64,000 nucleotides of DNA, from contig JAQFVV010000001.1 in the NCBI GenBank assembly GCA_028023455.1, positions 19,592,001-19,656,000 on the forward strand. The letters run 5' to 3'. Each line of letters begins with the position of its first letter. The stretch's first letter is position 1. A program made the position numbers and the translations under genes. Below the pieces are notes generated by a model that did no database searches, was not told the origin of the DNA, and saw nothing but the letters and a program-made list of their open reading frames with translations. This document shows positions 27,813 to 38,329 of the stretch, piece after piece. Source of the DNA: Epiperipatus broadwayi. Its lineage: Eukaryota; Animalia; Onychophora.

Positions 27813-27871
27813 ATCCAATATCCCCAGACTAGTTTCTGGCTTATGGCTTTCATCAGTGAGGAGCCTTAAAT
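27813..27871 (-). ncRNA. Type I hammerhead ribozyme (copy C, left arm; weakened stem II)
   Basis: CCUCA CUGAUGA AAGC-cauaa-GCCA GAAA CUAG UC| UGGGG. Confidence 0.68.
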
Positions 27872-28229
27872 CTGAGAGCACTGCTCCTAGATCTTAGGAC
27901 CTAATGCAACCTTCCTGAAGCCACCTTTTCTCTACTTAACTACAAAACTATGAGTCTTAAATAGAAAACACTATAATATTTTCAATCCAAGCTCATTGGC
28001 TTATATAGTCATATAGGTCTGAACTCAGTTAAGTACCTATACCTTTTGGTGACTTTTGTTCTTTAATAACCATAGCCACCTCTATCCTATTAGGTAGGAT
28101 TGGTTTTAAGCCAATAAATATCATATAAACACCATTTTTTATGCTTGCTTATAACTGTTATTAAAATAGGAAAAAGAGGGCTTCTGGAGGGTTGCATTAG
28201 ATCCTAAGATCTAGGTGCAGTGCTCTCAG

Positions 28230-28288
28230 ATCCAAGGCTCCTCACTGATGAAGGCCACAAGCCAGAAACTAGTCTTGGGATATTGAGT
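28230..28288 (+). ncRNA. Type I hammerhead ribozyme (copy C, right arm; stem I mismatch)
   Basis: atccaaggctcctca CTGATGA aggccacaagcca GAAA ctagtc ttggg read directly on the + strand. Confidence 0.7.
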
Positions 28289-29879
28289 GAGTAGACACTA
28301 GATGGGGATTTTAGGCACAAGCCTTCTGGCATCCATTGATTACTCTGGCTTTCACTGAGTGGCAATATGTATAGAGAGTTTTGCCTGTTTTAATAAGTTA
28401 TAAGAAAGCATAAGAAATTGTGATCATGTGATGTTTATATGAAAAATACTAAGTATATGAAACTATTTTCATATGTTATTTTAAATTATGCTTGTATAAT
28501 ATAGTATTTTATAGATGACATAAATATTGTGTTGGACAAATTTTTATGATGGTTTATTCTTGTTAAGTCTTTAAGATTAAGTACATTTTGCTTATCCTAT
28601 TTATTGGTATTAGGAATAAATGTTGGTGGCATGTGTATTTGACCTATGCATTTACTTGCTCTTGATCTTATCAGAGTAGTTTTGAAATGGTAATAGTTTT
28701 AATATTCAAAGATTATGATAAAAAATCATTTGTCTAAACTTTAGTTATTTTGTATAGGCTGCTAAAATTATACATTCTACTCAACTCAATGTTGTTTTTT
28801 CATTGGCAACATAGTTTGTTGAACATATTAATGAAGTTGTTATACAAATTTTATATTTAGAAAGGTAGACACATTAAATACAAGAGATAACTTTATTTAC
28901 TCATAGATGATAAAATATATTTTCTTTTATGGGTTTGAATTGATTATTAACATATTGTAATAATTCTGTTGTTTTGATTACATTAAAGTAGAAAGAATTT
29001 ATATTTATTATATGTTATAATATCAATCAAATCATTATTTTATTCTTAATTTATAATTTTATCTTCATTATCATCAGCTGTATAATCAAAAAACGTGAAT
29101 TGCAAAAGTATAATAATTTTTGAATTGTAAGAATATAAAACATATAAAAGTCAAGTAATTAAACTCAGGCAGTGTATTATCAAAATTATGTCATTATTTA
29201 AGACTTCTTTGTTTATATTATTGTAATTTTTAATTATAAAAACCTTAATGTGATCTATGAGTATGAACAAAATTCCCTTTCTTACCCATTGCATTACAAA
29301 TTTTATCCCATGTTGCTGAATAAGAGTGATGTAAACAGAAGTTTCATTATCAATTATAATTATTCATTTAAAATTCATATTGTAATAATTTCAAGAGAGT
29401 AAAAATGTCTTATTGCACGTGATGATATGATAATAATATGAGCCAAAGCTGAGATATAAAGAAATGTTATATTTTTGAAGAAAATATAAATGGTTTTTGA
29501 ATTCGGGCTAGCAAAAGCAGTAGTAGCTGCTGGTAAGGATTATAGTTGGATTTGTTTTGGCACTGCAACTGGGGCCTTGATTGTGTGAATTATTTGTTTA
29601 TTTAGTGTATTAATATAAGTGATGGATTAAATATTAATTTCATAACTCACTGTTATGGAATTAGAGGTTGTAGATTGTTTCTGTATAAATGAAAGGATTT
29701 TAGATAATACAGTTGAGGATTGACAACATGTACATTTAAATAATAAAAATAAATTAAGTCACTTATACTTTAGAATAATAAATTATAAAATATTTTCTTT
29801 TCCTTTCCTTGAAATATTTTTAAAAAGAGAATTTGATGAGAAGGTATATCTAGTCAGCTGATATAAAGTTTTAAGAGTT

Positions 29880-31100
29880 TTTTTAAATTGATGAAATGAA
29901 AATTATATCTGAAAAGTATCAGTATATTTTTATTTATATGAAATAAATATATAGAACATCCACATATGTAAGATTAGTCACATAACATATTTGTTTAAAT
30001 TTTTAGTAGCACAACAAATACATAGAAAGTGTATAATGATAAAGGGAGTGAGAAATATACTGTAGAATTATTATTAATTCAACAAATTCATGAATTCAAA
30101 ATAATTAAAACACAAAGTTCCTAGATACCATCACTTTCATGCTTGTTAAAGATCTTTTGTACTCATTGTAAATGTCACTCTTGACCTATTTATTCAGCCC
30201 TTTCCCTCATTTGAGATTTGCTAATTCCATAACTGTTAGTATATATGGCATATTTTCTACTTCACTAGAATTTGCTATTATAACTCATTAGAAAATCTGC
30301 TTTGAAAAATTGAGAATATCTATTCTTATCACCTTAGAGTTCTTATGGCAAAATGTCATGAGTTGATGAAAAAATTCCTTTAACATTTTCATAGCTACAC
30401 TTTTAGATTATCTGACATCAGACAATCTCATATCAATTTGCACTCTAGAAGTTTGTTAACCAAAAATGTTTTAATACCATCAATTTTGGCTAATGAAAAA
30501 CAAATCTACCAGACTTTGGTAGTACATACTATATCTTAAAAAATTCTTCCCAAGATTGAAAGTATTCTACTTAGCTCTATCTATTTCTCCTGTCAATATT
30601 TTAACTTCACAAATCTTCTACAAACATTTAACATGGTCTTACTCTGTAAAATAAAGCTTAAATTATTTTTCAATAGAGTTTTTACCCCTACACTAGCAAT
30701 AAAACTTCTCCTTTCATCAGCAGATGAAGAAATGATTGTCTTATCCCCTACATTTCTTTGATAATGTATTTATTATTTTAGAATCTGTATATATTTTAGT
30801 TTCTTTAAAGACAAACTTTTCAATGTTGCATGATAAAGTTTTTTTTTTCTTCAAATTTTACCACTCCTTAATCCTCTTTAGTTACTGATTTGATACACAT
30901 TGATTATTTTTTCATGTTTTGTATATGTTGTAATTCCCATTTTCCACTATCTCAGTCTATTAAAAAATAAGATTACACGTCTTTCACAGTAAAGAATTAA
31001 ATTAAATATAAGAAGTTGCAACAATTCTTGCACAAGTCTGGACAAAGCATCTTCACCCTTCACCATCTTCTTAATACTATTTTTATAATCCTATAATTTT
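29880..31100 (-). pseudogene. Decayed Ty3/gypsy pol fragment (RNase H end to integrase)
   Basis: Minus strand reads DYK...K.EDALSR (RNase H C-terminal ADALSR motif), followed by H..GVKT/C..C zinc-binding-like and PKSG/VSD integrase-core-like remnants; many stops. Confidence 0.6.
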
Positions 31101-31338
31101 TAAAACATCAAAAGGTATAGACAGAATAACCTCTATTATTATTTGTCAGGAATAAGATGACTGAGTTAATCATACCATAAAATATACTTAAAAATATATT
31201 TTTATGTTTGAAATCAAAGTTCAAAAAACTATTTGATTTAATTGAATTATAAGCCCACAACAAAAATTTTCTTAGAATTTTTAGAATTGGATACATTTTT
31301 ATCAGGTCTTAATCAAGTTTACGATTTTTTTTTTTCAG

Positions 31339-34300
31339 GTACCAAACGAATAATCAACTTAGCTAAATATCTAATTATTGGTTTATAAATGAATTTATCT
31401 AATATTAATTAGAAAATCCTAGTGATCATAATGCGAAAGTTTTCGTCAATGTTAAGGGTAACGTCATATTCATGCAGGCTCTGAAACCATGACTTTTTAT
31501 ATTATTTCTGTTATCAAAATCTGAAACAATAAAACTGATGAAATTTTATAGTAGTAAAATTAATATAATAAACACATTCCCACAGATTAAATGTTAAGAC
31601 TGTTTAATTTTAAACACCAGTTGTTGTTTTATTAAAATAATAATTGAAAAAAAAAGCAAGATTACTGAAAGATTATAATATTTATCAAAAATAAAATATC
31701 ATGAAAAAATATAAACAATTATAATATAGAATATGATAATGTACAAACGCAATGAGAGTTATAATCAAAAATGTCTATTCAACAAAATGATATTAAATAA
31801 CTTTTTTGAGATTAAATTTAATTTAAACTCTGAACATAATTAATTAGCCGTAATTACATAATATTCTGAAGCACCACTTATCCAATATTATATTTTATGT
31901 TTATAATAAACATTAAAACGTAAATATTGTTTCTTGCTCTTTCATTAAAAAAAAAATCACTAGTGTTTGAATCATAGTGACATCTTTTGCACATTAATGA
32001 AACTAAATTTAAAAATTATAATAAAGCAGAGTAGCAAAAACACGGTAATATATAATTATTTTAAAAAAATGTTATAATTATATATTGTATAATAAATGCC
32101 TCATTAAAATAAGTATAGAAAAGAACATCGAAGTTTATGGGGGAGATGAATCAAAGATCACAATACTCTGGAGATATTCTTGACATACAATACATTAAAT
32201 TACATATATATAGTCATGACTCACAAGCCCCGAATCAAAGAATTAATGCACAAATTTATATTTTTACAGAGTACGTTTAATATGAGTAAAAAAAAAAAAA
32301 AATCCAAATAATTTTACTCCAGGAAATTCTAGTAAAAAAGATATGAGATAATTTAAAATGCAATCATATTATAGGGAAATATTAAATATTTAGATCAATG
32401 CATTATTGAGCACTGTTACCATCATGATTAATTATGTGTTTATTTATTACACATAAAAGATTAAATCTGTGCATTGTAGATAGGTAATGGTGGACATTTA
32501 AATAAGTTTCTAAACAATAATTTTGTTTCTCGTGTAGCACGATTCTGGTTTTATGGGAATATTGTATATATATATAGAAAACTACATAATTTATAAACTT
32601 CGAAAGTGGACAAACAAAATATAACAAAATTTTATTATCAAAAAAAAGCCAGAGGAAAATTTCATTGGCATAAATGAAACATACAATCTTATGATGTGTT
32701 TTTTCATAGTTGTGCCCACTCTCTTGTTGAAGCAAAAAAGCTGTTTGAAAAGCTTGGAGCCAGAGAGAATTTTTCCAAGTACTGTGAATTGATTTAAAAA
32801 TCTGAATAAAATAAAATAAATATTTTAGATATACTTCACCTCATAATGCTTGTAAAAATTTGAAATGAATGATGGTTTTTCATGTTTTTTCTACACCTGA
32901 AAAGTGGAGTAATAAAACAAGTCTCACAGGTATAATGAGTAAATTGATTACGAAACTACATTTTAACTTCGATAATAATAACACTTAATGCAAATGATGG
33001 TTTATTAATTACAAATGGTTATCTTAGACATCCATTGGTTAATATCATTATTATCATTATCATTTTCAATCATTACAAATCTAATGCTGAATTAAAGTCT
33101 CTTACATTTAATCTAGTTTCTCCTATCAATAATTTCTTTTCCACATCACTCCAACACAAATATTGGATCCAAGATAGACTTCAGTCAGCCAGTGGCTTCC
33201 TACTTTTCAGCCATTAAACATGATCTTAATTTTTTTATTGGTCCATCTTCAAAGAGTAGTATAAAGAAAAGAGACTCTCTAAAGAAAATTACATTGACAT
33301 ATGCTCTGAGTGACCTCATTTGCTTTTCAAATCATAGATACCTTAATTACATTTAATTAAAACAATTTTTATATACTATAATTATCTAATTAATTAAATT
33401 CTTATCTTGGAGTAAGAACGGTATCAGATCTATTCTCTTATTTCCAAGAAAAACATTTCACGAAGATGCAACCTTAAAATAAAATCATTTTATTTTATTT
33501 TTAATCTCAATTTTTTTTCAAAATTAAACCAAAATGTATATGTTTTAATTAAATCTTTTCTTTTTTTTTTTTTGGCCTTTTTAAAATCTTTTTTCTTAAA
33601 AAATTAATCTACATTAATTATCTTGTTTTTGAAATTATGTAACATTTAAGCCTTCTTTGCTTATAATTTTAAAAAAAAATTTCTAGTTCTAAATCATTTT
33701 AGTTTTGATAGCAAAAACTAGTTACATTATTTTAATCTACATTTTAAATACAGTATTATTATTTAGACTTTTCTTATATTTAAATCCTTTGTATTTTAAT
33801 AATAAAACTAATCTATTATGTTATTATTTTCAATGCCACCTTTTATTATTCACCCTCACTAGTATTGTTAACCAGCTCTTTCATCACATGGATGACTATG
33901 AAATAGATATGACATTATCTATTTCAATATACATAAGGCAATCTAAAATTGTTTACTATCTTCTTAACATAATTTGTCATAGTATCTTACTTTTAGAGCT
34001 ATGCCATAAATTTTTGTCAATTCTTTATATATATGGACATGTGTTTGCATCAGATGATATTTGTTAATGTTTTTTTTTTTTAAAAAAAAACAATATGAGC
34101 TTTTATTAGTCAGTTTTTTACAACTCTATGTTAGTATGCCATATTCTGGAGTTCAAAGTCTATGAATCATAGCTCCATTCTATCATTTTCAAAAAAATCA
34201 AACATCTTACTTGATTATTTATTACATACATTTTTATATTAAACTAAATCAAAAATTATGATGAGTATCATTTATAAATAATGGAGAAAATAAACTACAA

Positions 34301-34610
34301 GCGAATGCTGAAAATTTGTCTTCTAATAAATAAAATTAATTTAATCCTTATTGATGTAAGAATTTGTCTGAAACGTTTTTAATATTAGCAAAAGAAAAGT
34401 TTTTTTTTAATATTTATATTATTAAATATAGTTTTGATGTAGAACATCAGATTCAGCTACAAGTAATAATAATAAATATAAAAAATCTTTTCGTTCACTA
34501 ATATTAGAAACACTTCAGCTAAGTTTTTACAAACAACGAAAAGGATAATAAAGGGTATTAGTTGCTGATGTAAAAATAAATTTCAGAAATACGTTAAATT
34601 CCAACCTATT
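31339..34610 (+). pseudogene. Decayed type-B carboxylesterase (COesterase, alpha/beta-hydrolase) gene body nested antisense in the INTU intron
   Basis: Motif remnants in the correct order: *DCLILN (31595; EDCLYLN), ALK*V..KNIEVYGGDESKITIL (~32098-32168; NIxxFGGDPxxITI), LTSPESKN/LMHKFIFLQS (~32217-32272), EAKKLFEKLG (~32727), LNANDGLL (~32983), SDLICF (~33308), LGVRTVSDLFSYF (~33407) and INFRNTLNSN (~34576; TNFAKTGNPN). Stops and frameshifts are present and the GxSxG elbow is not intact. Confidence 0.7.
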
Positions 34611-34819
34611 TTATTAACATTCCTTTCTTTTCACAGTAGCTAACATTACTTTTCAATTATTAAATTTAATTCTACACACACACGCAAACAGATATGAATA
34701 TACACTATTCATTTCTGAAATAAACACCATTTCATTTTATTAGTAAAATTTTCATTCAAATTATTCATTCAAATAATTTAATGTGAGATGATAAGTATTC
34801 AAATCCAAAGATAACATAC

Positions 34820-34914
34820 TTGATAAAATGTGAGGTATCTTCTTCTTCATCTAAGGTGAGTTTCATATTAGCCATGTTATACACACTTGGAAGATTTCTC
34901 TTTTTTTTACCACT
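34820..34914 (-). CDS. INTU: Inturned coding exon: SGKKKRNLPSVYNMANMKLTLDEEEDTSHFI(K)
   Basis: Acceptor atactgcag| and donor |gtatgt. The 95-nt exon ends in phase 2 (AA) and joins the A of the next exon to give Lys. KKK..LP...K resembles vertebrate KKKSTLPNPFHLG...TVK just before LTSG. Confidence 0.85.
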
Positions 34915-35289
34915 CTGCAGTATAATGAAAAAAAATAAAATAAAGAGATACTAATGCATTTAAATTCATAAGCTATACATTTTTCCTTAATTGCATATCT
35001 ATATAGAAATAAACTATTATAATTTCCATCAATTAACAAATGTCAACTCTTGAAACAATATCTGATAGATCAAAGTCCACAAAGTTACAAATGAAAAATA
35101 AATCTTCTTTTGTTAATTTTCCAGCCTTTTATGGATTATAGATTAAAACAGGAATAACTACAAAAATAAATATTAAATCAGCCAAGATATTTTAGCAATT
35201 TCATTTAAATCAGCTTTTATTTAAATTTATAATGCAGAGTTAATTTCTACTCATTTTAATAACCTTGCAAACTATATATATATATATCA

Positions 35290-36030
35290 TACATGATATG
35301 TAAGAGTACGTTCTACCAGAATATCTAGACAATTGTCAACTATTATGGTAATAAATGTTAACAATATTTGTTATTTTGCTGAGCCAGAATCTTTTACAGC
35401 ATAACTTTGTCAAATCAAGACTACAATAAAACATGAGCACATGCATATAAACATAAACCAAACCAGTCACTGATTACCATGAATGTTTATAACTGTAAAT
35501 GGACTTAGAGATTGGCTTTCATTATAATAAAGTACCACTTCTTATTGAGAGCAATGTTACTGGCTATTATATTATATTTATGGAGGTTCTTTTATATTTT
35601 TATGATTATTTTCTAAACAAAAAATTATGAGAACAAATTTCATCATTCCTTTAAATCTGCCAACGCTAAGATTATTTGTTTAGAAAATAATCTTAAAATA
35701 TGTAAAACAATAGAAGCTTGACTCAGAATTAATATAAAAACTCTTAATGACATAGCCAATCACTAGATCAATTTACAGTTATACATATGCAAATATCTAT
35801 GGTAATCAGCAACTAGTCTGATTTATGTTTATATGTATGTGGATATGTTAATGCATGTGTTTATATGCATGTGACTATTCTAATATAAATGCTAATGTGC
35901 AGTCTTGCTTTAATAAAGATATACTGTATCAAAAGCCTGGCTCAGCAAAATACTAAATATTCTTAAAATGTATTAACATAATAATTGACAATTGTCTACA
36001 TACACTGATAGAATATAATCTTATATGTAG
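35290..36030. repeat. ~740-bp imperfect foldback (whole-length palindrome)
   Basis: Nested inverted matches: tagacaattgtcaa/ttgacaattgtcta, tattttgctgagccag/ctggctcagcaaaata, ataactgtaaat/atttacagttat, gattggct/agccaatc, ttctaaacaa/ttgtttagaa. Confidence 0.8.
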
Positions 36031-36128
36031 GTGCATATAAGAAAATAAAAGTTATCATGAGTGAAGATGTGACTGAACTTTTCTGGTTCTTCCATGTATG
36101 TGGTTACTTGTTGTTATTATTATTATTA

Positions 36129-36211
36129 GAAGGGATTTGAACTCAGATTTTCAAATTCCTCAAAGCTTTCCATTCCATGGGAGTTTGAAAGTCTGAGTTC
36201 AAATCCCTTTC
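36129..36211. mobile_element. Palindromic MITE (short form) of the 25425 family
   Basis: gaagggatttgaactcagattttcaaa ... tttgaaagtctgagttcaaatcccttt. Confidence 0.8.
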
Positions 36212-37777
36212 AATTACATTAAGTTCAGTATAGACAATATACTTGTATTTAAATATTATTATAACAATGACAATTTTGAAAGTTATTTACCTTCATGATC
36301 TTTCTAATATGAATGTCTCAGTACCTGTTGCCAGAGATATTCCTTTAGGATACATAATTGCATTCACTTTTATACATATATAAACAACATTTGGTTTCAT
36401 TAGTTTAATAATACTGTATTATATTGTACATATTTATGCACAATATGAACTATAAACTATCATGCACCCAAACCTAAACTATTTCAATTTAGATAAGGAT
36501 TTGCACGACCAGAAATTAAGGTCATAATGTTTAGATAAATTTAAATTTTAAAGTAAAATTTTTTTAAAAAAAAAAAAAATATACTTCACAATTTTATGAG
36601 CAGAAAATAAATATAAAGTAAGTAATGTAAAAATCTACTTTATTCCTCTAGAAATAATATAAATTAATAATAAATAAAAGAAGTAAATGAATTAACATGT
36701 ACATCAATAGAAAAAAACAGAGAGATAGAGACTTGATTTGAAAAACAGATTTAATTACAAATACTGGATATCAGAAATCAGAAAAATTATGAAATATCTG
36801 ACTACCATTTATTGTAAATAACACATACTCATAATGCACATTATAAAATAAATTATATCGGATATTTATATAAATTATATAATTATTGCAGTGTGTGACA
36901 TTGATCTATGATATAAGAATACAATCTATTTGTTTTCATGCTATATATTTGTATAATTTATTATTTTCAGTAGTCTGTTACTAAATTATAAATTAATATT
37001 TCTTAAAACAGATTAAATTAAGTTGAAGATTATCTTCCATTGATGTTTTTATTGTTACATTATTATACTATAGATTTTTCCAAGTGTAAACAACATTCAT
37101 AGTTTGAAATAAATTATATCTTATTTAAATAGATTATATAAAGGTGTTATAATTATAGTTATTGTCAAAATATCGGTGATATAAGTTGATCAAGATGAAA
37201 GGATGTATCTCATTTATCCTATACAACCCCCCCCCCTACTGATGAGATATGTATATTATTTAACAATTTGTGAACATTTCATTATAAACAACATAAAATT
37301 TATAAATCAAATGTTTTTATTATCATAGTTTGAAGTCAACATTGAAAATATTTATTTCAAAGCAGATACATTAAATAATTGGAGATCATTTTTAATATTA
37401 TTCCAAATTATTCAGACTTTTCACCAGATTTAAATTTCATTCTAAGTGTAGGGGAACTACTTGGCAATCATTAAATACAATCCTTTAATGATTTTTGAAT
37501 TCAGATATGTTTACAGATGTATTAAAAAATTACAAGTAGCTTTTCTTCATTGAAATTATATTTAAAATTGCACTTTTTTAAAAAAAAAAAAAAAACGCAA
37601 ACAAAATTCTTAAGAGATGATTGTTAAAGATCAGATAAAAACCTACCCTCATTCATAATAAGGATTTTTTTTTTATTCATGTAAAAAATAAGATGCTAAG
37701 AATTCGTTATTATATTTATCTATTTGTGAATCAATGCTATAAAAAGAGTTTTTTATTTTTATTTTTTTATGTGTCAA

Positions 37778-37850
37778 AGCGTCAGCAGGGAAGCGAACCC
37801 CGGGTCAACTGCTTGTAAGACGGCTGTGCTAACCACTCGGCTACCAACGC
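37778..37850 (-). pseudogene. tRNA-Gly(TCC)-derived pseudogene/SINE head with anticodon changed to TAC
   Basis: GCGTTGG TA GCCG AGTGGTTA GCAC A GCCGT CTTACAA GCAGT TGACC CGGGG TTCGCTT CCCTG CTGACGC T closely follows metazoan tRNA-Gly-TCC. Acceptor and T stems pair, but the D stem is broken, the anticodon stem has a mismatch, and A58 is changed to C. Confidence 0.8.
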
Positions 37851-38329
37851 TTGACAAATTTTTACTTCCATTAAAGACAACGAGTGCATTTTGTTCAGTC
37901 TATTTATAAAAGCATTGAAAAATTGTCTATTTTTAGCTTTGCTATTTATCTATTTGGTCATAAGTTTTAATTTGTTGAAAAATTTAATTCAGATTTCAAA
38001 AATGAAAAAGAAAATGAGAATGTCTAATTGATTTATTAGTCACAGATGTATCTGTCTTTAATTAAGTCAAGAAAAATGTAAAAACTTTCACATTATAAAA
38101 TGTCTAAAAAATGCATCAGTTTATTTAATTAAATAAATTTTAATATCAGATATTATGATTTGCTCAAAGAAATCTTGAAAAATTGATTCAAGAATTTGAT
38201 AATATAAGATAATAAAAAGAATATGTGGTAATAAAAAAGATTACTAAGTGCTCCTAATTTTCTGATATAAATATAAGAAAAGTTTTATTTCTTGCTAACT
38301 TAAAATAGCAAATCTATGATGGAATTTAA

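Larger units (their letters stand above)
27716..28434. mobile_element. Hammerhead-bearing element, copy C (full unit plus ~255-bp inverted arm, two ribozymes)
   Basis: Terminus repeated at period 453 (aaatagg at 27711 and 28164). Flank ttatatga(g/a)aaata at 27702-15 and 28435-48. Absent at the paralogous site ~19210. Confidence 0.9.
25193..29808 (+). repeat. Local duplication, copy 2 (paralog of 14274-20578)
   Basis: Same colinear blocks. Lacks the hAT and the 14558-15822 insertions, but carries the palindromic MITE and hammerhead copy C. Confidence 0.88.

Noticed and set aside
37196-37255. GAAA...UA...CUGAUGA arrangement resembling a type II hammerhead
   Set aside because: Stem I is only 2 bp and stem II does not pair; likely chance.
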